A stretch of DNA of 33,552 nt from Raillietiella orientalis (taxonomy: Eukaryota): NCBI GenBank assembly GCA_036172245.1, contig JAYWIR010000124.1, positions 62,001 to 95,552 of the forward strand, in the 5' to 3' direction. Below, piece by piece: positions 10,950 to 22,400 of this stretch. The number at the start of each line of letters is the position of its first letter. Position 1 is the first letter of the stretch. Below the pieces are notes generated by a model that searched no databases, was not told where the DNA came from, and worked only from the letters and a program-made list of their open reading frames with translations. Both the position numbers and the translations under genes were made by a program.

Positions 10950-13900
10950 CACCTGGGCTCGCCAGTCGCCGTCGATTAAGGGTGGCCTGCTGGAACGTGA
11001 ACGGGCTGCGCGACGACGGCAACAGACGGGACACGGCCGCCACCCTGCGTGACTTCGACCTGGCACTCCTGCAGGAGATCCACGTGATCACCGCGGAGAA
11101 TGCCCAGGACATAGAAAGGATCGCAGGGAGGCGGCTGGTTGTCACCCGGGTGCGCCGGGGCGTTTATTATAAACTATCCGGGAACAGGGTTCCTGGACAA
11201 AGGGGAAAACAAGAGACGAAGGGGGTGGGATCCCCGACACGCAGGTCGGTATGCCGAAAGTCCGGAACGGGAGGAAAGAGACCACAAACACACTACTATA
11301 TAAAAAAATTAGAGAAAAATATGGAGGGCAGGGGACAGGGGTCTTTGGTAAATCCGTTCCTTCCTTTAAAAACCGGCGATCGATGCCGGCGATCTCTCTC
11401 CTTACGCCCTGTGGCAGATGGGCCCACTGGGCAGCCGACGACATGTTTGCGCTGGCTAATCCGGTGGGCTGACGAAGGATGGCCAGCTTCTCCAACTCTC
11501 GGTGGGCCTTGTCGATGGCGCGGATGGAACACACGGTTGCAACGACAGCACCCAATGACAGGCCGCCTGGCTGGAGAAGCGGCGCATCAACTCCCTCGCG
11601 GTGTCCCCCTGGTGCAGGAGAGCTGAGGCTAGCCTCCGCCAGAGACCTAGAAGAACACCGCAGTCCAGGAGCAGGTGCGGGAGCGTTTCCAGGGCTGACA
11701 GTGCGTCTTCGAGGGGGGTGACGAACAGGCGGGTCCACTTCTCCTGGCTGTTGCACACCTCATCCACCGTGCAGTACGGGGAGAGGTGAGCGCAACGGAG
11801 TTCCAGGAGGGAAACATCCTGGTGCTTTGCCCAGCCATGCAACGGTTCCTGCCGCCAGGCTTGAAAGTTCGTTGGGCGGCAGGAGATCCATTCCTGGGCT
11901 TGCAGGAGCCGATACAATGGTTTCAAGGGGAAACCAAAGCTTCTCGTGGCGCGCTCCGTGTGCGGCCGCAGCGACAGAAGTCCATCGCTGCCTGTGCAGC
12001 GCCGCAGAAGCAGGCGCGCGGGAGCACACCACGGAGTGGACCAAAGGTTGGTGCACAGGGCCAACATCCGAAGCTGCACCTGCAGCTCGATTCTCTCCAG
12101 CGTCAGGATGCCTAAGCCAGCATCCCGACGCGGAGCCGCCAAGTCTTTGAGGCGGATCCTGGACCTCGCAGGTCCCCACAGAGCGTTCCTCAACAGGCTG
12201 TGCGCCTGGAGCTTGGCCGAGTAGGGGGGCGGGCAAACAAAAAGCAGGGGGCGCAAGAGAAGGGCAACGAAGGTGTTCCATATCGTGGCCCGCTCCGGCA
12301 GGACGAACCTGCCATGGTGGAACGGGCTCAGGGCATTCGAAGCCTTCCGAAGGCAGTCCGACCACACTTCCACTGAGCTGATGTTCCCCAGCGGAACGGA
12401 CGGTTGATGGGGCGGTTGGATGGGGGACGGTTAATGTGGCAATGCGGAACCCGATACATCTGCGGCGTCGCGTTTTTTATGAAGCCGGCAGTCGACGCAG
12501 CCGTGAAGGGCGTGCGCTTCGACGAAGCCGGTCGTGTCGGCCAGCTGATTCTCAGGTGGTCCGATACGTTCGACCTCGTCGTAACAAATGTGTACGCTCC
12601 GAGCGGTCCTACCAGGTACCAGGAACGTAAGGCGTTCCTGGAAACCCTGAAGCGCGACTGGCTGGTGGAAGCGAACGTGCGCGTGGCTCACCTGATAGCG
12701 GGAGACTTTAATCTCCGCCTGCTATCAGGTGAGCCACATGCACAGGAACGGACGGCTAACGAGTTGTGCACCGCCATGCGCACGCGCAACTTGTTAGGGG
12801 ATCTTTCGGAAATGGTCAGCAGCATCGACCACGTCTTCCTGGATGTCGACATGTGTTCACGGGTCGGCAAACGGGGGAAAGTTGCGTCAGAGCTGTCTGA
12901 CCATTCCCGGCTGATATTCGAGGTGTGCCCGCGCGACACGGGCCCCCCATCCAGGGCGTGGCGTCTGCCTGGGGACTGGACGCGACTCTCAGGTGCGAAG
13001 GAACACCTTCGCGAATTCCTGAGAGGCGTCACCCTCCGCAGTCTCAAAGATTGGGACCTCTTCAAGGCCTCGGTCCGCGAGTTCTGCGAGGAGTTCCCCC
13101 TGCACCGCCTGCCCCCCAGATTTGGGGAGAAGGCTCGGAACCATAGGGCCTATTTACAGGCCCGCCGGTACGAGAGGACCCCCAATGTCCGTCGCCTGGC
13201 AGAGTGCCGAGCCGGGGCCGAACGTCAAGCCTAGCAATGCAAATCGGCCAGCTTGCTGGACGACCAGGGCCGGGAGCACTCGGCTCCGGCTAGAATACGG
13301 CACCTCGTGCGGCGTTTTTATTCCTCCCTTTACGCCAGGGCGCCCCCGGACCAAGATGCCTCTCGGCGCTTGCTTCCAAACGGTGCCCCGGCAATAGGGG
13401 AGGAGGAGAAGGAAAGCCTCGACGAGCCTTTTACCACCGGCGAAATTCTCGCCGCTATCAAAAGGCTCAAGAGGCGGAAAGCATCAGGGGAGGACGGCCT
13501 GCCTGCGGAGTTTTTTCAATGCTTCGCGGCAGAGTTGGCACCCCTGGTGCTTGAGTTGACAAGGCTGATCCGAGATGAAGGCGATGTACCCGCCTCGTTT
13601 CGGTCAGCCAGAGTGATGCTCCTTCCGAAAGGAGGAGACCTCAGGAAACTCAGCAACTGGCGTCCGATCACAATTGTGAACATGGACGCCAAGTTGATCG
13701 CCGGACTGTGGGCTTCGCGTCTGGGGCAGGTGGCCAATTCCATAATTAGCCCGGAGCAGACCTACTCTGTTCCCGTGCGAAGTATGGAGGCCAACCTCTT
13801 CTTCGCGAGCACATGGTTTCATGTGCAGAGTAGTCAAGAAAAGGAAGAGGGAAGTTTTCTCAGCCACGCTTTGGGAGCGTCAGCCGAGCAGGGACAGGAC

Positions 13901-15831
13901 TCCCAGGTGGGGAAGGGAGCCCTAGCGATCGCAGTCGATCTGCACAAAGCGTTTGACTGCGTGGACCAGGATCTCCTGCTGGAGCTCCTGGGACGCAAGG
14001 GCTTCCCTCCCTCCCTACTGACCTACCTGCGCTCTTGCTTTCGCAGCGCGCTGATCAATATCTCTTTCAGAGTTCAAATGGCGTACGGCGTGCCGGTACG
14101 GCGGGGCATACGGCAGGGCGACAGCCTCAGTCCCCTGCTCTTTAGCACGTACTTTGAGTTGGTGCTGAGAGCGTACAGGGTGACTTTGGCCCCCTTGCCG
14201 AGATCGTGCCCCGGCACGCCCGCCGTAGCAGCATATGCCGACGATCTTTTGCTTCTGTTGCCGATGTCCACCCCGGCGATGGCGGTCGGGGATTTCTTCG
14301 ATCTGCTTAGCCGCGGGACCGGACTTACGGTGAACAGGGCGAAGTCGACGGTGGTACCAGTCGGTGCGGCGTGGGCTGGGCAGCAGGACTGGGTCCGCTT
14401 GGGAATCCCCACGGCGAGGTGCTTGAAGTACCTTGGTGTGCCGTTGGGGGACTACTCCCCTGCGGAAGCGTGGTCTGGCTGCCTCCAAAATGTGGAAACG
14501 GCGATCGGCCCGTTCTTGGAAGACAAGTTTCTCCTTCCGGAACGGGCCGCGGTATGGAACGCGTTCGCGGCTCCTATCCTCCGCCCCCTGCTTTTTGTTT
14601 GCCCCGTCCCCAGAGAGTTGAAAAAACGGACGAAGGACCTCCTGAGGATTGCCCTTTGGGGAAGAGGGAGGCTCCCAGTCCCGTTGAAGGACTTGTGTGC
14701 TCCACGTCGGGATGGCGGTCTCTGCCTCTTGACGATGGAGCGAGTAGAGATTCAGCTGCGGTGGCGAACCCTCGCCATCGCTGCGAAGTTATGGAGCACC
14801 CCTTGGTGCGTTCCGGCCCGACTCCTTGCCAGCCGTGTATCCGGAACGGAGGGTCTCGCGTCCTATCTTCTGTGCCGTGGCAGGAAGATCAAGAGATGCG
14901 GATTTCTCCTGGGACGCATGGAAACTCTGGCTAAGGAAAACGGCTGGATGGTATGCAGCCCCGCCAACTCCTCCGCATGGCTAGAGGAGACAGCTGGCAC
15001 GTGGGCGAAGATTAATGAAAAGAATCAAGAGATGTGGAACTGCCTGCGACGCGGCGCCTATTCCCGCTGCACTCTGCGGAAGATACTCCAGTGTCCCGCG
15101 AGAAGCACGTGGGCAGAGACAACCTCCCTAGCTACGGCGATGCCCTTCCTGAGGAGGGCGCTCTCCAGCAGCCGCAAGCCTAGGTGGCAAGTCTCCTGCC
15201 GCATCGCAGGCAAGGAGAAGTTGATCAGCGGCTGGTCCACGGGTGAACTGGCGGACGCCAGTACCCCCAGTGTCCAGCCAAGAGGACTTCAGAGATGGGG
15301 CGAGCTACTCGGCATACAGCCGGATGACCTGAAGTGGTTCCGGTATTAATTGGTTCTAGGATCCTCCCCCTGAAGTGGCAGGAGTTGGCGCTTCTGTTGT
15401 TGCATTGGGGTCTACCCTGCAACGCACGCCGCCACCACTGGACCAGGGGTCGAGTAGATCCTACCTGCATCAGGTGTGGGGAACGGGAAACTCTCCCCCA
15501 CCTCCTTGTTGATTGTGCTGCACTCAGACCCCTGTGGGAACGTCTTCATGCCTCCCTACGGATCCAGGAGGGCAGCCAGCCCAGATACGTTTTTCGGCTT
15601 CTGTTCGTGCATGATGCCCTGCGTCCAGCCGCTACCCTGGCTGCACTTTGCTGCGTACGCGGGATTGTGACGTGCTGGAGCAACGTCGGAAGACCGAGCC
15701 ACGACAGGGATGCCGTCGTACTTGCAGTCCGCTACCTGCGGATTGTGACCAGATGGCCCCAACTGGGAATTATACGGACGGACCTCGAGGGCATCCTGCG
15801 AAGGATGGACCCTCCTCCCAGTGGTCAGTGA
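10949..15831 (+). pseudogene. B1 ORF2 (APE-RT-Cys finger), split by J (11139-12397), with a TAG at 13232 and a frameshift near 15340
   Basis: ACWNVNGL..LLQEIH (10985-11085); NVYAPS, AGDFN, IDHVF, SDH (ORF 12404-13234); 698-aa RT ORF 13253-15349; CIRCGERETLPHLLVDC in ORF 15334-15831. Confidence 0.92.
11139..12397 (-). mobile_element. Element J: 5'-truncated LINE (post-RT region + 3' UTR) inserted antisense into the B1 endonuclease
   Basis: ORF 11456-12373 is homologous to the post-RT region (PERATIWN, APRRDAGLG, ETLPHLLLDC). Ends AATAAACGCCCCGGCGCACCCGGGTGACAA. Confidence 0.88.
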
Positions 15832-15907
15832 TCCCTTCCCAACCCTCCCAAATCTTTTTGTTTTTATGTTTTATTTTTCTTTTTGTTTTTTCCCTTACCC
15901 CCTTCCG

Positions 15908-16037
15908 CTGCCGAGGAGAGTCGCGCCGGTCTGCGTACCGGCGACCCGGCAGGTCCAGTTTAGTTCGCCGTAGTGGGGCCTCGTACCACGAATCAGAGAG
16001 AATTTTTAATGAACGCCCCGGCGTGACCGGGTGGCAA
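15908..16037 (+). other. Structured 3' end of B1
   Basis: CTGCCG..GCCGGT-ctgcgt-ACCGGC..CGGCAG; AGGTCC..GGGCCT; AATGAA then CGCCCCGG-cgtga-CCGGGTGGCAA directly followed by the TSD. Confidence 0.72.
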
Positions 16038-16052
16038 CCAGCAACTTGGCGT
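16038..16052 (+). repeat. Right 15-bp target-site duplication of B1
   Basis: CCAGCAACTTGGCGT, identical to 8852-8866. Confidence 0.93.
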
Positions 16053-16633
16053 CCGCGTTTATCACGGTAATCGGCCGCCAGTTGCTTATGCTCCAAAGGT
16101 CTCCTTGCTTAGGTAGGAGACGCACCTATGCCGATCGAAACGAGGCGGGGACGTCTCCCGTTTCGCGGATCAGCAAGGTGAGCTGATATACCAGGGGAGT
16201 AAGCTCTGCCGCGAAAGTTTGATAAAACTCCGCAGGCAAGCCGTCCTCCCATAGAGCCTTGCGCCTCTTGAGCTTTCTGATGGACGAGATGATCTCGCCC
16301 ATCGTGATAGGCTTGTCGAGGGCCCTCCTATCTTCCTCCCCGAAAGCCGGAGCGCCTTTCGGAAGAAGAAGTCACAAGACATCCCGTTCCAGTGAAGCGC
16401 GCGCTTACAGGGAGAAGTAGAATTTTCTTAATAAGCCTTTTACCTGTGCGTAGGCCGAGTGCTCCGAGCACTTGTACTCCAGCAATCTGGCCGAATCGGA
16501 TTGCCATGCCTGCCTCTCGGCTCCCGCGCGGTATTCTGCTAGCCTGCGAACGTCTCGAGTTCGCGAGTAACGTCGAGCTTGTAAATATGCTCTCTCGTTA
16601 CGGACGCCTCCTCCAAATCCCCTCTGTGGAGAG
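16053..16633 (-). mobile_element. Element C, upstream part: EN-RT linker and start of RT
   Basis: Minus strand reads RAYLQARRY..RRLAEYRAGAERQAW..EDGLPAEFYQ..SNWRPITVINAD and continues across the B1 TSD into 8866. Confidence 0.85.
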
Positions 16634-16720
16634 AGGACGTGCTTTTACTGCGCTCCGCCTGCGTGGCAAGGCGAGTGGTTTTTTGCTGAGTGGTTTGTGC
16701 GTGCACATCGTCGGTGTCCG

Positions 16721-18598
16721 ATGGCAAAGTTGCCAGACGACACCGCGATGGAAGTAGGCGTGGGGACGGCTTGTTCGTCCCCACAGCCTACTGGATCAGG
16801 GGCATCCGTCCCGGAATCATCCCCGACGACGCCCAGGTCATGGAGCCCAATGGTGGCCGCGCCTAGCGTGAAAGCCATGGCCGAGATGAGAGCCTACAAG
16901 AAAGCAAGGTATAAGCCCTCGCTAGTCTACAAGGTAGGCAACCTTTTCGATGGGCGAACTGAACGCGCCTTTACGAAGGCGCTGCAGAACGCCAATATCT
17001 TCGAAAAAGATCTTGACGGCCTCTCCGTCCTCAGCGGTGGGCAGCGGGTCGAGGTGGTATGCAAGGATATCACCTTGGTAGGACGCCTGATCACCGACCC
17101 GCTGATCGCTGATGGTCGGAAGATCTTGCCAGTCACGATGGACCGCTCGGTGGTGGTACATCTCACTGGGATCCCTAGTCGCATGACTAGGTCAGCGGTT
17201 CGTGATCAGTTGCAAAAGCACGCAGAAGTGCATGCGTTGTGGCAGAAGTCCACGATTTTACAAGGCTACAATAGCATTTCCGCAGGACAATTTGCGGCGC
17301 GTATCACCGTAAAAGAGGGTGGTGCGCTTCCCCACATGCTATAGGTCTGTCGAGAAGCGGTGGACCTGTGGCACGTGGAGAAACGCCAATTTAGCGGCTA
17401 CTGCAATGCAGTAGAGCATCTAGGAAAAAGGTGCCCCAACATTGTGTGCCACCTATGCAAGGAAAAGGGTCACGTTCGGCGCGTGTTCCCCAAGCGCCTC
17501 ACCCCAGAGCCTTCTGCCGCCAAAAAAACTCAGGGAAAACGTGGAAAGCTGGTAGAAGGACCAACTCGCGAAACTGGCCGTTCCCAACTGCCAGCCTACC
17601 TTCCTCCCGTACAGACGTCGGAAAAAAGAGCTCCCGTGAACGCGGAAATGGAGGAGGCTTGGCAGCTGGTTCAGGCCAGAAAAGAAAAAAAAAAGAAAGT
17701 GATGCCAGAAGAAAAGTCGGAGAAGAAAACTGCCGGCAACAAGAAAAAAGTCGCGCCGCTTTCAAAAAAAAAAAAACTCCGCCCATGCTCGGTGGCACTG
17801 GAGCGCTTAGCCGTTCCTGCCGAGGCCGCTTGCGGCAATGTTCAGCAAACAGCTAATGCGGACGCGATGAATACTCTCGTGGACGAGCCCATTCTACGTT
17901 TAGAGGGTGAGACGCGATACTCGCGCGCCGACAGCCAGGACGGCGCGCTCGATAATGTCGCGGAGGAGCCCGCGGCAACGTTCGCCGTCAGCGATAACGC
18001 CGCGTTCGATAAGGTCGCGGAGAAGCCCGCGGCAACGGTCGCCGCTGGCGAAGACGCGGTTTTCGAGAAAGCGGCGGAGGTGCTCGCAGCAGCGCTCGCC
18101 AAACGCGAAACCCCGTCGCGAAAGGGCATACGGAGGTCGCCTCCGACGAAGAAGGCCCCCGCAGGTGAGTGCGACCTGGGGGCCGGAAGCGCATCCTCCT
18201 CCTCGAAGGCACCCCCCAGGAAGTCGGGACGCAAGTCCCAGAAACCCAGGAGGCGCCTCCCCTCCACCAGCGAGGAGGAGATGCCGGAAGGAAGCGGCAG
18301 CGTTGGAATCCCGGATCGGGAACATCCACGTCCGGATGCAGTCAAGTCGGTCACCCCCATGGAGGAGGGTGAGCAGGGGGGTGAAGTCCTCCCTGCAGTC
18401 GCCAAACCTGAGTAGCCCGAACCCATCGAGGAGGGCGAACAGGTAGGAACGACTCCACCTGTGGGTGATCCGGCCGACGCGCCGGCACCGATGGAGGAGT
18501 AGAAAAAGGTGCCTACAGTACCTGTCCCCCCTCCCCCTCCACCAAGAGTCCCGCCCCAGCAGGTGGCGGACGCCGCATCGCCGTTTTCCCAGGACTAA
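16721..18598 (+). pseudogene. B2 ORF1 gag-like protein with nonsense codons
   Basis: Colinear with B1 ORF1; CHLCKEKGHVRRVF knuckle; internal TAGs at about 17342, 18413 and 18500; terminal TAA 18596-18598. Confidence 0.85.
17939..18100 (+). repeat. 57-bp (19-aa) coding triplication in B2 ORF1
   Basis: DGALDNVAEEPAATFAVS / DNAAFDKVAEKPAATVAAG / EDAVFEKAAEVLAAAL. Confidence 0.75.
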
Positions 18599-21500
18599 CA
18601 CCTGGGCTCGCCAGTCTCCGTCGGAATCGCGCGGCTCGTTGGAACGTCAACGGACTGCGCGACGACGTCATCTGGCGAGATACGGCCGACACTCTGCGTG
18701 AGCTCGACCTGGTGCTGCTGCAGGAGATCCACCTGATCACCGCGGCAGACGCCCAGCAGATCGAGACGATCGCAGGGGGTTGGTTGTATTGGCGATGCGG
18801 CCTCCGCAACACCTGCGGGGTAACGTTCTTCTTGAAGCCGGCCATCGACGCTGCCGTAAAGGGCGTGCGGCTTGATGACGACGGTCGGATCGGTCAGCTG
18901 ATTCTCAGCTGGTCCGACTCGATCGACCTAATCGTTACAAACGTGTATGGCCCCAGCGGCAAACAGGGGTACCGCGACCGCACCAGGCTGCTGGAATCCC
19001 CGAAGCGCGACTGCCTGGCGGATACCAATGTGCGAAAGGCTCAATTGATAGCAATAGATTTCAATCTCCGCCTGCTAACAGGTGAGGCTGAAACACAAGA
19101 GAACGCGATGAACGAGTTGTGCGCCGCCATGCGTGCGCGCAACTTGTTCGCGGGTGAGAGGGGAATGGTCCGCAGCATTGATTACGTCTTCCTCGACGCT
19201 GACCTGTGTTCACGGGTCGGCGAACGGGGGAGGGTTGCGTCGACGTTGTCGGATCATTCCCGGCTAATTTTCGAGATGCGGCCTCGCGACATAGGAACGC
19301 CATCAAGGGACTGGCGTCTCCCCGGGGACTGGATGCGCCTCTCAGGTGCAAAGGTGCACCTTCGCGCATACCTGAGAAGTGTCACGTTAAAAAATCTCCA
19401 GGACTGGGACCTTTTTAAGGATTCGTTTTGCGAGTTCCGCGAGGAGTTTGCGCTCGATCGCCTGCCCCCCGGATTTGGCGAGGGTCCTTGCAACCATCGG
19501 GCCTATTTACAGGCCCGTCGTTACGAGAGAGCACCTAATGTCCGTCGCTTGGCCGAGTACCGCGCATGGGCTGAACGCAAAGCCTGGCTATCCGGGTCGG
19601 CCAGCTTCCTGGACGACCAGTGCCGGGAATTTTCTCTTCCGGCGTCGGTACGGCATCTTGTGGGTAGATTTTATTCATCCCTCTACGCCAGGACGCCACC
19701 GGACCAAGATGCCTCTCGACGCTTGCTACCGGATGGTGTACCGTCAATAGGGGAAGAGGAGTCGGTAAGCCTCGACGAGCCTTTCACTACCGGGGAAATT
19801 CTTGCCGGTATCATAAGGCTCAAGAGGCGTGAGGCGCCAGGGAAGGACGGCTTGACCGCGAAGTGCTCTCAGTGCTTCGCGGAAGAGCATGCAGCCCTGC
19901 TGCTCGTGTTGACAAGGCTGATCCGAGACGAAGGCGATGTTCCCGCCCCGTTTCGGTCAGCCAGAGTGAGGCTCCTTCCAAAAGGGGGAGACCTCAGGAA
20001 ATTCCACAACTGGCGTCTGATCACCATCGTGAAGACGGACGCCAAGTTGCTAGCAGGACTATGGGCTTCGCGTTTGGGGCAGGTGGCAGAGTCCATAATC
20101 AGCCTGGAGCAGACCTATGCTGTTCCCGGGCGAAGTATGGACGACAACCTCTTCTTCGCAGGCACGCTAATGCAGCTGCAAAGGAGAGAGAAGAAAGGGA
20201 AAGGGAAAATCGGCAACCGCACATTGGGGCCGCTAGCGTGGCTGGGAAGGGACACCGGGGCGGGGAAGGGAGCCCTAGCGATCGCAGTCGATCTCCATAA
20301 GGCGTTCGAATGTGTAGACCATTAACTCCTCTTGGAGCTCCTGGGTCGCATGGGCTTCCCACCCACCTTGATTTTCTACCTGCGTTCTTGCTGGCGGAAC
20401 GCGAGAATTTCGATCTTTTTGAGCAGTCAAAAGGTGTATGGCCTGCCGGTGCGGCGGGGCATACGGCACGGAGATAGTCTCAGTCCCCTGCTCTTTAGCA
20501 CCTACTTTCAGTTGGTGCTGAGAGCGTACAGGGTGACTTTGGCCCCCTTGTCGAGCTCGTGCCCCGGCACGCCCGTCGTAAGTGTTTATGCCGACGATCT
20601 TCAGCTCCTGTTACCTATGTGCACCCCGACGAAGGCGGTCAGAGATTTCTTCGACCTACTCAGCCGCGGGACCTGACTGCAGGTGAACAGGGCGAAGTCG
20701 TCGGTGGTGCCTGTTGGTGCGGCGTGGGCAGGGCAGCAGGACTGGGTCCGTTTGGGGATCCCCACGGCGAGGTGCATCAAGTACCTTGGTGTGCCGTTGG
20801 GAGACTTCTCCCCTGTGGGAGCGTGGTCCAGCTGCCTCCAAAAAGTCGAGACGGCGATCGGCCCGTTTCTGGAAGGCAAGTTTCATTTGCCGGAACGGGC
20901 CACGGTTTGGAACGCCTTTGCGGCCTCCATCCTCCGCTCCTTGCTTTTTGTTTGCCCCGCGCCAGGAGTTGTTAAAAAGAGGAAGAAGGACCTCCTTTGC
21001 ATCGCCTTTTGGGGCGAGGGGAGGCCCCGAGTACCTTTGAAGTACCTATGCGCTCCTCGTCAAGACGGCGGACTTAGCCTCCTGACGCTGGAGCGCGTGG
21101 AGAAACAGCTGCGATGGCGTACCCTCGCCATCGTAGCGAAAATGTGGAGCACCCCGTGGTGCATTCCGGCTTGCATCCTTGCCAGTCGTGCGTCCCGATG
21201 CGAGGGACTTGCGTCTTTTCTTCTGTGCCCCGGCCGGAAGATCAGAAGATGCGGCCTACAGCTCGGGCGCATGGCATCGTTGGCCATGGAGAACAGCTGG
21301 ATGATTTGCTGCCCCGCCAACTCCGCCTGGCTGGAGGAGGACATCGGAACGTGAGCAGTGGTGAATCAGAAAAGCCACGTAACGTGGAATCGTCTCTGAT
21401 GCAGCCCCTACGCCCGCTGCACTCTGAGGAATCTCCTCGAGAATCCAGCTAGAAGCATGTTGGCAGAAACAACCTGCCTGGCTACGGCGCTGCCTTTCCT

Positions 21501-22191
21501 GAGGAGGACGCTTCACAGCAGTCGGACGTCAAGGTGGCAAGTCTCCTGCTGCATCGAGGGATGGGAGAAAAGAATGAGCGGCTGGACCATGGGTCAACTG
21601 GCGTACGCCACGACTCTGAGCGTCCAGCCGCGAGGACTAAGAAGATGGGGCGTGCTGCTGGCCATCCCTATGGATGTGCTGAAGTGGCTTCCGCTTCTTC
21701 AGGGATCCAGGATCCTGCCTCTTAAGTGGAAAGAGTCGGCGCTGCTGTTGTTGCATTGGGGTTTACCCTGCAACGCACGCCGTTCCCACTGGACAAGAGG
21801 AGTTGTGGATCCCTCGTGTGTCAGGTGCGGAGAGCAGGAATTGCTGTCTTACCTTCTTGTGGACTGTGCTGTTCTTGGTCACCTTTATGAACGGTTTGGG
21901 ACGACCCTCGGTCTCCCTACGGGCAGTTACCCTAGAGACCTTCTTCGGCCCCTCTTCGTGAAGGACGCTTTGCAGCCAGCCGCAGCCCTTGCAGCCTTGT
22001 GCTGCGTCCGAGGTATCGTGGCGGCATGGAGCGACACCAGCAAGGAAGGAGTGGGTCAACACGCGAGGGATGTCATCGCATATGCCCAACGCTTCTTGCG
22101 GAGAGCTGCTGGATGGCACCAGCTGGGGAACATACGGATGGACCTCGAGGGCTTCCTTCAACGGATGGGCCTTCCTTTCACCGAACAGTGA
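18598..22191 (+). pseudogene. B2 ORF2 (APE-RT-Cys finger) with nonsense codons
   Basis: RWNVNGL, LLQEIH, SDH, VDLHKAFECVD, HGDSLSPLLF, YADD, CVRCGEQELLSYLLVDC, TGA ending 22191. Confidence 0.9.
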
Positions 22192-22267
22192 TCCCTTCCC
22201 TGCTTTCTAACCTCTTTTGTTTGTTTGCTTTTTTATCTTTACTTTTGTTTTTTCCCATCCCCTTTCG

Positions 22268-22400
22268 CTGCCGGGGAGTTCCACGCCAGGCTGCGTCCCG
22301 GCGTCCCGGTAGGTCCCGTGCATGAGGCCGTGAGCGGGGCCTGGTACCGTGATTGTAGAGTTTTTTATCATTTAACGCTCCGGGAGTACCCGGGTGGCAA
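22268..22400 (+). other. Structured 3' end of B2
   Basis: CTGCCGGG..ACGCCaGG-ctgcgt-CCcGGCGT-CCCGGTAG; AGGTCCC..GGGGCCT; CCGGG-agta-CCCGG-GTGGCAA. Confidence 0.7.

Larger units (their letters stand above)
8867..16037 (+). mobile_element. Element B1: full-length L1/Tx1-type retrotransposon with 15-bp TSD; contains nested element J
   Basis: 5' motif, ORF1, APE, RT (QGDSLSPLLF, YADD), Cys finger and 3' UTR. Removing it and one TSD copy restores ITVINADAKLLAKLW in host C. Confidence 0.93.
16634..22400 (+). mobile_element. Element B2: full-length but more decayed relative of B1; no identical TSD seen
   Basis: 5' motif at 16636, ORF1 from ATG 16721, APE-RT in ORFs 18712-20325, 20332-20676, 20683-21354 and 21457-22191; 3' end ...CCCGGGTGGCAA at 22400. 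Confidence 0.9.

Noticed and set aside
10052..11066. Long antisense and alternative-frame ORFs (also 17842-18601, 32569-33414 and many others)
   Set aside because: Shadows of GC-rich, low-complexity ORF1 sequence with no motifs or cross-copy conservation.
13253..15349. Group II intron, retron or DGR reverse transcriptase because of YADD
   Set aside because: The RT is fused to an APE endonuclease and a Cys finger, preceded by a CCHC ORF1 and flanked by a TSD, which is non-LTR architecture.
15908..16037. Known ribozyme (hammerhead/HDV) in the 3' UTR
   Set aside because: I could not find the CUGANGA/GAAA core or a convincing HDV fold by eye, so it is reported only as an unassigned structure.
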